A stretch of 32,000 nt of DNA, from positions 60,001 through 92,000 of the forward strand of contig JBHLRO010000010.1 of the NCBI GenBank assembly GCA_048882505.1, written 5' to 3'. Positions 1 through 9,693 of this stretch are shown in pieces (within the stretch, counting starts at the first letter, position 1; each line of letters opens with the position of its first letter). Under the pieces are notes generated by a model. It was not told the DNA's origin, did not search any database, and was given only the letters and a program-made list of their open reading frames with translations. The stretch is from Candidatus Thorarchaeota archaeon. Its GTDB lineage: Archaea > Asgardarchaeota > Heimdallarchaeia > Hodarchaeales > Hodarchaeaceae. The position numbers were made by a program, and so were the translations under genes.

Positions 1-84
1 ATCGAGATAGGATGCCCATCAGGACATCATTATATTGCTAATTACGAGATCCAGGATGGATCAGTTAGTATTGAACCGCTATAA
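1..84 (+). CDS. 3' end of an upstream gene (partial), possibly with a small metal-binding motif
   Basis: Frame 1 reads IEIGCPSGHHYIANYEIQDGSVSIEPL then TAA at 82-84, 29 nt before the next ATG. Not in the ORF track. Confidence 0.5.
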   Translation: MEIGCPSGHHYIANYEIQDGSVSIEPL

Positions 85-113
85 CCGAATCAGATGACAA
101 AAGAGGTTTTTAC

Positions 114-2279
114 ATGAAAATTGGAGATAAAGAAGTAGTCCTTCAAGGGATAAAAGGATCGATCCGAGTCAAGCGAATAAAGGGCGGAATCCCCCACATT
201 GATGCTGACCACGAGCTTGATCTTCACTACGGACTTGGGTATCTTCATGGAACAGATCGTCAACTGTATATGTGGCTTCTAAAGCTAATCGGTACAGGAA
301 CTGCCTCCGAAAAGCTGCGCGCAGATGAGGATTTAATTGAGGCAGACAAGTTTCTCCGCTGGATTAATCTTGCTGGGGGACTTGAAAAAGAAAGCTCGCA
401 GCTTTCACCTGGTGATACTGCCGCCCTAGAGGCTTATTGTAAAGGAATCAATGATGCAACGGAGGGAAGAAGGCCGTTTGAGTTTAGGTTGGTGAGATAT
501 AAACCTGATGCTTGGACAGTCCAGGATTCAATGCTGCTGGGCCGAATGGTGGGCTATATCGGACTAACACAGTCACAGGGAGAGGTTGGTAAGTTTATCA
601 TCCAAATGATACAAAACGAGATCGATTCTGATAAGATAAAGGAATTATTTCCGGCTATTTCAGAAGAAATCTCGCCTGATCTTATTTCAATCCTCAAAAA
701 GACCAATATTGCCTATCCGATGATAAATCAGAGTCTCAAAACCTTCTCTATGCTTCCATCTGCCGCTTCTAGTAACAATTGGGCCCTTTCCCCATCCAAA
801 TCCGCTTCTGGAAAGGCCATATTATGCGGAGATCCCCATCTTGAGCTTAGATTACCCTCTGTTTGGTATACTACTATTTTAAAGTCGAAGGATTACTTTG
901 CGATGGGAGCAAGTTTACCTGGTGTACCGGGCATTATTTGCGGCCGAAATCCTTGGGTTGCATGGTCACCAACCTATGCTCCCATGAACATGATTGACTA
1001 TTTCATAGAGGAAGTTAAAGAGGGAAAATATCGTCGAGGAAATACCTGGGTTCCTTTCACCATCCGTGAGGAGACAATTCGCCCAAAGAAGAAATCACCT
1101 ATTACCCTAAAGATATATGAGAATGACCAAGGGATTATTGAGGGCGAACCAACTGGGGATGGCTATTATCTTAACTATGCCTGGGCGAGTCGAGCAGGAA
1201 CTATCGTAGAGTCCATTACAAACCTCCTTAAGATCCAAAAAGCCCAGAATGTAAAAGAAGCAATGGATTGCTTCGCTGGCTTTAAATTCTCACCGTTTTA
1301 TTGGGTAATGGCCGACCGGGGGAATATCGGGTTTCAAACAAGCGGGTTATTTCCACAAAAGGCTGAAAACTCCTCAGGACTACTTCCATATTATGGGTGG
1401 GACGAACATCACCATTGGAGGGGGATGATCGATCCACGGAAATATCCCCAGGCATATAATCCTGAAGAAGGATTTTTCACAACAGCCAATCAATCCTTAA
1501 ATCATCTAGGAGTACCAATTACAACTAACTCCCAATCAAGTTATCGCGCTGATCGAATTACTTCCCTATTATCTCAGGACAAAAAATTCACCGTTGCTGA
1601 TATGAAAAAAATGCACTACGATTATTACTCCCTCCAAGCTGAAAAATTCATGGAAATAATTCGACCTCTTCTTCCTGCAACCGCAAATGGAGATATTTTA
1701 AGGGAGTGGGATTTATGTTATGACCCTGCTTCTCTAGGAGCAACCTTGTTTGAACAAATTTACCACGAATTGCTTATGCTCGTGTTTGGAGATAACGGGT
1801 TGGGAAGGGACACTGTACAATCGATTATTGACGAAGTTCTACTTGCAGAATTCCATGGACACTTTGATGCGGTTCTACTGAAAAAAGAGTCAACATGGTT
1901 CGGTGGAAGGAGCCAAGAGAATATTTACAGAGCAGCGATTGAACGAGGGTTACAAGGAGAGGCGAAACCTTATGGAAAAACGCATAAGATCGTAGCCACC
2001 AACATGTTCTTTGGAGGACAACTGCCTAGATTCCTAGGTTTCGATTATGGACCCTTTGAATTACCCGGCGGTCGCGCTACAATCCATCAAGGACAAATAT
2101 TTAAGTCTGCTGGTCGTGATACGAATTTCATCCCGACTTACCGCATGATTTGTGATTTTAGCTCGGAAACACTCCTGATGAATATTGCAGGAGGTCCAAG
2201 CGATCGGAGATTCGGCAGATACTACAAAACATTGATCAAGGAATGGTTAAGAGGGGAATATACCAAATTAAAAGCATGA
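114..2279 (+). CDS. Penicillin acylase / acyl-homoserine-lactone acylase family Ntn hydrolase, no signal peptide
   Basis: GIPHI and YGLGYLHGTDR N-terminal motifs; beta-chain start SNNWAL with catalytic Ser; GDPHL, GRN, TANQ and YRADRI motifs; SD GAGGT upstream. Confidence 0.93.
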   Translation: MKIGDKEVVLQGIKGSIRVKRIKGGIPHIDADHELDLHYGLGYLHGTDRQLYMWLLKLIGTGTASEKLRADEDLIEADKFLRWINLAGGLEKESSQLSPGDTAALEAYCKGINDATEGRRPFEFRLVRYKPDAWTVQDSMLLGRMVGYIGLTQSQGEVGKFIIQMIQNEIDSDKIKELFPAISEEISPDLISILKKTNIAYPMINQSLKTFSMLPSAASSNNWALSPSKSASGKAILCGDPHLELRLPSVWYTTILKSKDYFAMGASLPGVPGIICGRNPWVAWSPTYAPMNMIDYFIEEVKEGKYRRGNTWVPFTIREETIRPKKKSPITLKIYENDQGIIEGEPTGDGYYLNYAWASRAGTIVESITNLLKIQKAQNVKEAMDCFAGFKFSPFYWVMADRGNIGFQTSGLFPQKAENSSGLLPYYGWDEHHHWRGMIDPRKYPQAYNPEEGFFTTANQSLNHLGVPITTNSQSSYRADRITSLLSQDKKFTVADMKKMHYDYYSLQAEKFMEIIRPLLPATANGDILREWDLCYDPASLGATLFEQIYHELLMLVFGDNGLGRDTVQSIIDEVLLAEFHGHFDAVLLKKESTWFGGRSQENIYRAAIERGLQGEAKPYGKTHKIVATNMFFGGQLPRFLGFDYGPFELPGGRATIHQGQIFKSAGRDTNFIPTYRMICDFSSETLLMNIAGGPSDRRFGRYYKTLIKEWLRGEYTKLKA

Positions 2280-2448
2280 ATTCGACCAAGTACAAGCATT
2301 ACGAACTATTTGGAATTTTCCTCTTTCTGTCAATTCAATGGCTATTTCTATACATGTCATGCCGTTATCAAGCTTCTAATCCGTGAATCTAAAATATTTA
2401 AGCATTTTCTTATAATTTGAAAATATTGACCGAGTTTAAACCAATTTG

Positions 2449-2493
2449 AAAGTACTTTGTTTCATAGAGGTACTCTATACAAAGCTATTTATA
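2449..2493 (+). promoter_or_regulatory. Candidate promoter (TTTATA 2488-2493) with overlapping palindromic operator(s)
   Basis: Palindrome AAAGTACTTT 2449-2458; ATAGAG-gta-CTCTAT 2464-2478 flanked by CTTTGT (2455-2460) and ACAAAG (2479-2484); TATA-like box 36 nt before ATG 2524. Confidence 0.55.
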
Positions 2494-2523
2494 GGTGTGA
2501 AGTAAATGATTGTTTGACCAAAA

Positions 2524-3162
2524 ATGAACAATCAAATTGATTTAAAGAAAATTGAACAAAGTACCTACAACGAACTAATGATTGATGGGATTACAGAAAT
2601 TCTTGCTGGGATTTTGTTACTCGGCACTCCCCTGTTTTTTCGTCTTCCCTTCATTGTTGTATTTGTACCGTTTTTGATTTTTTATGGGCGTTACGGTCTA
2701 GATTTCATACGCGAACGAACCACCTATCCGAGAATTGGCCGGGTAGAATTAATTCGTGAAGAAGAAAAAGAAGACTATAGTACCAAAAAAGCTCTGTTGA
2801 CATTTCTCATTTTGATTGCCGCCGCCATATTGATTACGTTTTTAGTCATGGTTGTTGTTGAGAAGGAAACTTCAGACATGCAATTAATCGTAGAATATGG
2901 TCCTCTGTTCTTTGGACTTGTGATGTTTGGTCCCAGTCTCTATCTCGTGGGAAACACTGGACAGATTCGATATTATCTTCTCGGAATTATTACAACACTT
3001 ATGGGTTTTCTTTTTTCAATTTTCAAGTTTATGGAAGGATATGATAATCTAATTCTGTACTTTGTCACTTTAGGGGTCATAGCCCTTTTGGTTGGGATCA
3101 TCAGGTATTTGTTGTTTATCCGCCGATACCCAGTTGTCATAACAGAGGGGGAAGAAGACTGA
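2524..3162 (+). CDS. Multi-pass membrane protein of unknown function (about 6 hydrophobic segments)
   Basis: 212 aa with alternating hydrophobic stretches; its stop overlaps the start of the downstream regulator. Confidence 0.8.
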   Translation: MNNQIDLKKIEQSTYNELMIDGITEILAGILLLGTPLFFRLPFIVVFVPFLIFYGRYGLDFIRERTTYPRIGRVELIREEEKEDYSTKKALLTFLILIAAAILITFLVMVVVEKETSDMQLIVEYGPLFFGLVMFGPSLYLVGNTGQIRYYLLGIITTLMGFLFSIFKFMEGYDNLILYFVTLGVIALLVGIIRYLLFIRRYPVVITEGEED

Positions 3163-3479
3163 ACGATCAACAAATCAGTTCAGAAGATTTCCGTTTTACC
3201 GCGAACTTTGATAAACTCATTCATGAACCCTCCCGTCTGATTATCATTTCCCACCTATATGTTGTGAAAAACGCTGATCTAATCTTTTTCAAACGAAAAA
3301 CGAACCTAACTTGGGGAAACCTTTCCTCGCATGCTTCAAGACTAGAGGACGCAGGGTATATTAAGATACGTAAGGAATTTCGGGGTAAAAAGCCCGTAAC
3401 CATCCTGGAAATAACCCCAAAAGGTCGACAGGTTTTTGAGGCCTATAAAGATACCATGAGGGAAATATTGGGGGCCTAA
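3159..3479 (+). CDS. Winged-helix transcriptional regulator (MarR/ArsR-like, HTH_34 type), predicted CTG start, 106 aa
   Basis: Reading upstream of the track start (3264) gives FDKLIHEPSRLIIISHL, the family's first helix, followed by LTWGNLSSHASRLEDAGYIKIRKEFRGKKPVT and ITPKGR. The frame-appropriate start is CTG 3159, overlapping the upstream TGA. Confidence 0.88.
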   Translation: MNDQQISSEDFRFTANFDKLIHEPSRLIIISHLYVVKNADLIFFKRKTNLTWGNLSSHASRLEDAGYIKIRKEFRGKKPVTILEITPKGRQVFEAYKDTMREILGA

Positions 3480-3504
3480 TTTCCATATTCAAGGCAGAGA
3501 AGGT

Positions 3505-6500
3505 TCATGAGAAAATCCGCTTGATTTCCTCTAAATGTTGATCGCTCTGTGCATCAACGACTAAGAAATAGCTGACCTCCTCTGTTTGTCCAGGGGCAAG
3601 AGACCAAAAGGTTGTTATTCCTCCGGCACTCCACATCTTACCTGCATCAACTGGAAATATTTTCGAGAACGATGATGTCGGGATCATGGTAAGTTTGTGT
3701 CCTTCGATCTCAAATGTGAGATATGGCAAATTAGAAGACCCAGTTCCTATTATCGGAATCGGATTTTCACGTGAAAAATGGAAAGGTGGAGTGTTGCCCA
3801 ACGGTAAGGTAACCATTAATGTTTCAGGTTTACCTGCTAATCCTACGGTGATGAGACTAAAACAAAGAAATTGAAAATACGTTGAAGACCGGTTTTGGAT
3901 TGTAGTTCTTACTCGAAGCAATCCCAAATCCCCGCCAAGAAGCTCATAACCAATGGTCATCACAAGGCCCTTGAGCGATTTTAATTCGTGAATTTTGACA
4001 GAATATTCGACCCCAGACCAATGATCAGAAATGTTGGGTCGAGCTGTATAAGTTTCGTCCAAATTCTTCATATCTGCGAGATTGTCTTCAGACGTTTGTA
4101 AAAATGTAACAATGCCAGCTGGATCTCTTGTGAATATAATTGAGGGACTAACAGTCGGAAAATTTGATATTAGGAGAGGAGCTCCCTTGTAATTAAGTTG
4201 CGTAACGCAAGCACCGAAATCCTTGGATGAAATCACTTCTAGATTATTATTTTTCACAGATACACGTTCCTTCTTTTCAATGACAGGTAGATCAGTAATC
4301 TTTGGCGGATTCTTGCCGTCAAATATGATGAACGATCTTTTTTCCGTCCGCTGAAAGAAAGGGGTTATAATCTCAAATTCAAAATTGTAGATCCCGTCCG
4401 TAACCTCCGATGGAATCTTCAGGATAAGTTCAACGCTATGGGGATTCAAAAGATTCAAACTTTTGATTGGAAATTGAGTGGAGGCAGCTTCCCATCCACT
4501 AGGGAGCTTAACTGTCAGCTTTCCATCCAAGGGTAGACTTCTGGTCGATGATAACGTTAGATTGATTTTAGTTTGTTTATCTCCAATGACTAATTGATCA
4601 GCCGGAATTTCCAGCGCCAAAAATGGTTTGGTCTTCAAAACTCCGTCCAGAGGAGATGTTCTTTCCTTTTTTACAAGATAAAAAGCGAGGGAACGTACTT
4701 CCACAACATCCATTCCACGACCACATCCCAACCAACTTCTGGGGCCAACACTCGATTTCAATGGAGGAATGGAAATGCTTTTTTCCAGTGTCACTAATTT
4801 ACTCCTACTTGGATCAGCTAGAACATTGGTGGTCTCAAAAATATGGTAGAAACCATTTTTTCCAGATCGAATGAGGATCCATGGCTCATATCGATCTGTT
4901 CCTTCCGGTAGATCTCCTCTAGCTGCAGGCCAGTAGAAATTGGGCCCTGAAACTCCTGTACCATCGAAAACGAGGTATGTGAGACCTAGAGGAAGCTGAA
5001 TCCCTTCGATGAAATTAGGATGGATTAAGATTGTTGCAGAATCATCTATCAAACCCAGGTTCTCGATTTCCTCCCAGCAGCACACATGGGTTTCTCCCGG
5101 ACTGAGTTGGAAGACCCGATGAAATACTAGGTTTGGATTTGTTTGGCTTTTCTTTGTCAAACGAACCAAAATGGAATGCGTTTGATTAATTACTTCACAA
5201 GAAAATTCTATTTGGCCAAATTCTGAGAAACCAAACGGAGGACCATAATCAAAGGTTCCTAAACCGATCCCCATACTTGTCGGATCTGCAGATCTAAGAT
5301 TTAGAGTTGCACCTTCAAGATTGATATTGCATCTTATAAACTGATTTTGAAGAATTACCTCCTTTCGATCCTGGACCAGGCTCGCTGCCAGCATTGGTTT
5401 ATCTGCAACAAACAAAGGAATCTCATAGATACGACTATAACTCTCTTCCAGACGTGCTTGACAATATAAGGTTATGCCTGGAATTGGATCCTTGATGTGA
5501 GGAGTAGTAATCTGAAATGAGACGCCGGCATTTTCTTCCGGAGCTAAAGTTATGGGTATGATCGATGGTGTAATTTCAATATTTGAATTCGTCCACAGAA
5601 CTAGATTTCCAGTTGAAACCCTAGTGGAACGGTTTTGCAGTTTTAGGTGAATTTTCTGATCTCCCGTAGGAATCCACCAAGAAGTCTCAGTCAGTGAGAT
5701 CTCAACCTGTTGGCGTGCCTTCATCCCCGTTTCAAGAGTGAATGCTACGCCATTAATTATAAGTTTTCCTTTAATTGAGGGAGTTTTACGGTTAATATTT
5801 GAATCTAAGGTGGAATCATCTATATTATAGGTCTTTTCCAGAGTTACCGTCTCTCCTGGAGGAACAACGATGGTTTCTTGAAGGCTGGTTATTCGAACTT
5901 CCTTAGAACCCTCAAAAGAGACCGTAATTGGGAGATCGGAAGACGTTTCCTCATTCGTGATGCTAAGAGACAGGTTTTCCTCAGTCCCTGTAAATACTTC
6001 GTGTCGGTTTTGTTGTAAAATACAGCTGATTTTCTTCCCGTTGATTTCACGAGTAATTCCTACAATTGAACGACTGTATCGATCGACTATCACCTCGAGA
6101 ACATCGTTTCCCTCTTCGAAACGATAAACAAATCCTTTCAGATCATTCCCGTAAGTTGTGTCATCTGGTGCCTGTTGGATCTCTCGTACCTGGTTTATGT
6201 ACCACTGCGGGTGTTTCTCAAAAAATGGCTTGCAAAATGCGTTTTGAAGGATACTCGGGACATAGTTTTGCATGTATACATTCGTATCTGGAACCCATTG
6301 AAGCCCGATTTTTTTGTAAAGCGGAACTGCCTTCATATTGGATGGCCAAGTATGCAGATCCTGTCTTTGATGACCATTTCCCACAGCAAACTCTACGGCG
6401 GCCAATAAAAGGTGTTTTCCATATTTCTGGCCCAATACATCGGGATGGGCGCCCAATATTCCAATATACGATACATCAGGTTCTTCCATCCGTTTATGAA

Positions 6501-6759
6501 CCGAACAATATCCGACTAAGCGTTCTTGGTCAAAAGCAACAAAGGTCTCCAGCGCACTTCTCTTTTCAACAAATTCCCGGGCTCGTTTCTCGTTATATTT
6601 CAGGCCTTGAGTAAATGAACCTGGCCAAAGATCATCAATTTCATTAAAGAATGTTGCGAGTTTTCCTGAATCTGTTTCAAGATTGATTGGCCTTATTTTC
6701 CCCTTGAATTCATCTAAACTTGCGATTTCGGTTCGATCCCATAATTGTGAAGAGGTCAT
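3505..6759 (-). CDS. Large GNAT N-acetyltransferase fusion protein with Ig-like and beta-sandwich C-terminal region
   Basis: N-terminal GNAT motifs YIGILGAHPDVLGQKYGKHLL and HTWPSNMKAVPLYKKIG. ATG 6759 follows SD AGGTGAG; the track starts 12 nt earlier at GTG 6771. Confidence 0.82.
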   Translation of the reverse strand: MTSSQLWDRTEIASLDEFKGKIRPINLETDSGKLATFFNEIDDLWPGSFTQGLKYNEKRAREFVEKRSALETFVAFDQERLVGYCSVHKRMEEPDVSYIGILGAHPDVLGQKYGKHLLLAAVEFAVGNGHQRQDLHTWPSNMKAVPLYKKIGLQWVPDTNVYMQNYVPSILQNAFCKPFFEKHPQWYINQVREIQQAPDDTTYGNDLKGFVYRFEEGNDVLEVIVDRYSRSIVGITREINGKKISCILQQNRHEVFTGTEENLSLSITNEETSSDLPITVSFEGSKEVRITSLQETIVVPPGETVTLEKTYNIDDSTLDSNINRKTPSIKGKLIINGVAFTLETGMKARQQVEISLTETSWWIPTGDQKIHLKLQNRSTRVSTGNLVLWTNSNIEITPSIIPITLAPEENAGVSFQITTPHIKDPIPGITLYCQARLEESYSRIYEIPLFVADKPMLAASLVQDRKEVILQNQFIRCNINLEGATLNLRSADPTSMGIGLGTFDYGPPFGFSEFGQIEFSCEVINQTHSILVRLTKKSQTNPNLVFHRVFQLSPGETHVCCWEEIENLGLIDDSATILIHPNFIEGIQLPLGLTYLVFDGTGVSGPNFYWPAARGDLPEGTDRYEPWILIRSGKNGFYHIFETTNVLADPSRSKLVTLEKSISIPPLKSSVGPRSWLGCGRGMDVVEVRSLAFYLVKKERTSPLDGVLKTKPFLALEIPADQLVIGDKQTKINLTLSSTRSLPLDGKLTVKLPSGWEAASTQFPIKSLNLLNPHSVELILKIPSEVTDGIYNFEFEIITPFFQRTEKRSFIIFDGKNPPKITDLPVIEKKERVSVKNNNLEVISSKDFGACVTQLNYKGAPLLISNFPTVSPSIIFTRDPAGIVTFLQTSEDNLADMKNLDETYTARPNISDHWSGVEYSVKIHELKSLKGLVMTIGYELLGGDLGLLRVRTTIQNRSSTYFQFLCFSLITVGLAGKPETLMVTLPLGNTPPFHFSRENPIPIIGTGSSNLPYLTFEIEGHKLTMIPTSSFSKIFPVDAGKMWSAGGITTFWSLAPGQTEEVSYFLVVDAQSDQHLEEIKRIFS

Positions 6760-6852
6760 ACGAACACTCACCTTTCAAAGTTGGGTTATATCCAGATTAA
6801 TGTTGAATGTTGATCATCATATAGAAAAACGCTGGAGAATACCACCGGTCCC

Positions 6853-7689
6853 TTAGTATTCTGCCAAATTACCCAATTGCTTGGCCTTGAACACCGTGCG
6901 TTTAAAGAACCAGATTCCAAGCAAAGGTAGGATAATAGCGAACCCTACTACAAGAATAAATTCGAGGTCATAGGGAAGCAGTTCAGGCGAAACACCGATC
7001 ATTGTTGAACGAAAGAGATCCACGCAGTACGACAATGGAATTAACCTTGAAATAAATAATAAAATGTCAGGAAGGGCTGAAAAAGGGAAGAACATGGCAC
7101 AAACAATCATTAAAATGAATTGAAGGAAATTGGTTAATACATTCATTGACTCTTTGTAGCGTAACGCTAGGCTCGCAAACCCAAAGGAGAATCCAAAGCA
7201 AACGAATAGACTCAATGCTAGAATGAACAGCCCAAGTGTTGCATTTAGGAGAGGAAGTTTACCAAAGATAAGTGACATAAATATGAATGCCCACACAACA
7301 TTTAAGGAAGTCCAAACCATGTTGGAAAAGATACGGGAAACAAGGGTGGAAAGGTAGCTAATTGGTGTCATAAAGAGACTTTCAAGGGTTCCTTGATATT
7401 GTTCTTCTCTTAGTGAGTTACCGATGTCCCAAAGGGCGGTCGAGAGAAAAATGAATAGTACAAAGGAATAAAACATCAAACCGACACTGTATTCTGCTTT
7501 ATCAGCCGGGGTCAGGATAAGGGCCGCTCCCGTAAAAATAAACATTATGAGAAAAACTTGAAGAAATGAGAGGGCGAAATTGAGTTTGTATCGAGTTAGA
7601 ACGATGAATTCTTTACGTACCATGGCCCAAAATTGACTCCACCATGATCCAGATTCAATCTGTTGCTTTGAAGAAGTCGCATATCCCAT
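6853..7689 (-). CDS. ABC-2 type exporter permease
   Basis: MVRKEFIVLTRY, EEQYQGTLESLFMTP and LIPLSYCVDLFR motifs; about 6 TM segments; SD GGAGG. Confidence 0.92.
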   Translation of the reverse strand: MGYATSSKQQIESGSWWSQFWAMVRKEFIVLTRYKLNFALSFLQVFLIMFIFTGAALILTPADKAEYSVGLMFYSFVLFIFLSTALWDIGNSLREEQYQGTLESLFMTPISYLSTLVSRIFSNMVWTSLNVVWAFIFMSLIFGKLPLLNATLGLFILALSLFVCFGFSFGFASLALRYKESMNVLTNFLQFILMIVCAMFFPFSALPDILLFISRLIPLSYCVDLFRSTMIGVSPELLPYDLEFILVVGFAIILPLLGIWFFKRTVFKAKQLGNLAEY

Positions 7690-7701
7690 TTTTATGTCCT
7701 C

Positions 7702-8577
7702 CTAAAACTGTCCGATTCCTTCAGCACGTTTACTACGTGACTCGCTTCTGTCGAAGATCCTATAACCAAGTGATACACAGATCAAAGCAAATATGAACAA
7801 TACCGCGACATCCAAGTATAAACTACCAAAAAACCAGTCTAGACCTGTAAGTGTCGCCTGTACAGTGTAATTTAGATAATACCCTGGAAAAAGCAAGGCC
7901 AAAATCTGAATAAATGCGGGTAAGACAGTTATGGGAATAAACGCTCCCATTAGTATTCCTATAAACCATTGAAGGGTGTTAAATAGGCTGTTTGCTTGTT
8001 TTACTTTCAAAGTAACGGCCCCCATTAAGAAAGACAGCCCAAATACGGGAATTAATCCGACCATTAGGATAAGATAGGCCAATATAAACGCAAGAAAACC
8101 CTCTTGGAGTGGATTAACGGAATATAATAAACATCCTAAAAAATAACCAGCAAGGAAAGTAAATGTTGTGCGTGCTTGAATGTAGAGGACAATCCCCCCG
8201 AAAACGCTAAGTCTGTTAGCGGGTGTCATAAATACGGGCTCCAGTGTTCCCGACAGCTGTTCTCGCCTGATATAGAACCCGAGCAACCAAAAGGCTGCCA
8301 ACACAGAGGCAAAGACATTGGCTCCAATTATCATGTAAGCGACGTAATTCGCGCTGGAAAATCCTGTATTCAGTCGAAAATTCGCAGAAGCAGCTTCTAT
8401 GGATCCTGCCATGGCTTGCCCAAGGAGAATTGGCATTGTTGCGAAGAAAAGCGGTAGTAAGATATCCATAAGGAGGCTTCCTTTGTATCGTGAAATAGTT
8501 TTGAGTCTGATGATGAATGTATTCCATGTGACGCTCCAATGGCTACCCAGAGATGGTTTTGGTACGGTAACAGTCAT
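7702..8577 (-). CDS. ABC-2 type exporter permease (second, paralogous)
   Basis: RREQLSGTLEPVFMTPANR motif, hydrophobic segments, SD AGGAGG. Confidence 0.92.
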   Translation of the reverse strand: MTVTVPKPSLGSHWSVTWNTFIIRLKTISRYKGSLLMDILLPLFFATMPILLGQAMAGSIEAASANFRLNTGFSSANYVAYMIIGANVFASVLAAFWLLGFYIRREQLSGTLEPVFMTPANRLSVFGGIVLYIQARTTFTFLAGYFLGCLLYSVNPLQEGFLAFILAYLILMVGLIPVFGLSFLMGAVTLKVKQANSLFNTLQWFIGILMGAFIPITVLPAFIQILALLFPGYYLNYTVQATLTGLDWFFGSLYLDVAVLFIFALICVSLGYRIFDRSESRSKRAEGIGQF

Positions 8578-8592
8578 TGATCGAATATCCTC

Positions 8593-9648
8593 CTAAGAGG
8601 TCGGTCTTGAAACTGTCCCCTCACTGGTGTCCTCCATTAAGGAACGCCCGGTCTTCGAAAGGAAAACATCTTCCAAAGTGGTTTCAATTCGTGAGAGATC
8701 TCGAATAACGGCACCGTTTTTACTTAAAGCCGTAATAATATCTGGTAACGCCAGGCGGCTATCCCTGCATACTACATTGAGATAAGGTGTCTCTTTGGCA
8801 GATCCATTAGCTCCATTACGTTTCGTCAGAATATTTGCTGTCAGAACATTTGGTAAAGCACTTACTGCCGAAATGGCTATTTCAGGAATAGTCCCTTCTA
8901 TACTCAAATTGTCTGTTTCTTGAAGATTCTCTTTCAATGTTTCAGGTTCGTCAATAGCGATAATCTGTCCCTTATCGATGATTCCAATTCGATGACAAAG
9001 TTCGTCTGCTTCCTGCATAATATGGGTACAATACACAATCGTTTTTCCACGATCCTCATTCTGTTCTCGAACTATCTGCCGAAGTCTCCTTGCCTCTTTT
9101 ACATCAAGAGTGTTGGTCGGCTCATCTAACATCAGAAGTGGGGCATCATTGATTAAAGACCTGGCAAATACCATTTTCATCTTCTGCCCCGATGATAAAG
9201 TTTCGACCGTCCGATCTACAAACTCTTCCAGTTCCAAGAGACCTAATAATGACTTGATTCGCTCCCGTCGCGTCTTCTTCGGGACATGATATAGTGATCC
9301 GAAATATTCTAAGTTCTCTCGGCCTGTTAGTTTCCAATATAATCCGCGTTCCCCCATTAACATGGCGCCAATCGACGCCTTAATTCCTTGGTCTTCCTCC
9401 AGTGAGAACCCGTTGACTTTTGCGGTACCCGATGTTGGAAGAAGCAAGGTAGTTAGAATCTTGATCAATGTAGTTTTGCCTGCACCGTTCGGACCTAGCA
9501 GTCCAAAAATCTCCCCCTGTTCTACATGGAAAGATACTCCCTTTAAGGCTTCTACTACCTTCTTCTCACTTTTGATCAGTCCTAAACGCTTTTTTGATAT
9601 GTAATTTTTTGTTAAATTATCAACCTCGATCATGTAGCCGTTCGACAC
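8593..9648 (-). CDS. ABC exporter ATP-binding subunit (DrrA/CcmA-like, with C-terminal extension)
   Basis: Walker A GPNGAGKTT, signature LSSGQ, Walker B LMLDEPT, H-loop CTH, C-terminal TLEDVFL. Confidence 0.95.
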   Translation of the reverse strand: MSNGYMIEVDNLTKNYISKKRLGLIKSEKKVVEALKGVSFHVEQGEIFGLLGPNGAGKTTLIKILTTLLLPTSGTAKVNGFSLEEDQGIKASIGAMLMGERGLYWKLTGRENLEYFGSLYHVPKKTRRERIKSLLGLLELEEFVDRTVETLSSGQKMKMVFARSLINDAPLLMLDEPTNTLDVKEARRLRQIVREQNEDRGKTIVYCTHIMQEADELCHRIGIIDKGQIIAIDEPETLKENLQETDNLSIEGTIPEIAISAVSALPNVLTANILTKRNGANGSAKETPYLNVVCRDSRLALPDIITALSKNGAVIRDLSRIETTLEDVFLSKTGRSLMEDTSEGTVSRPTS

Positions 9649-9693
9649 TTGATTCCATCCTGGTCATCGTTTTTAAGATTTTTACAGATTCTT

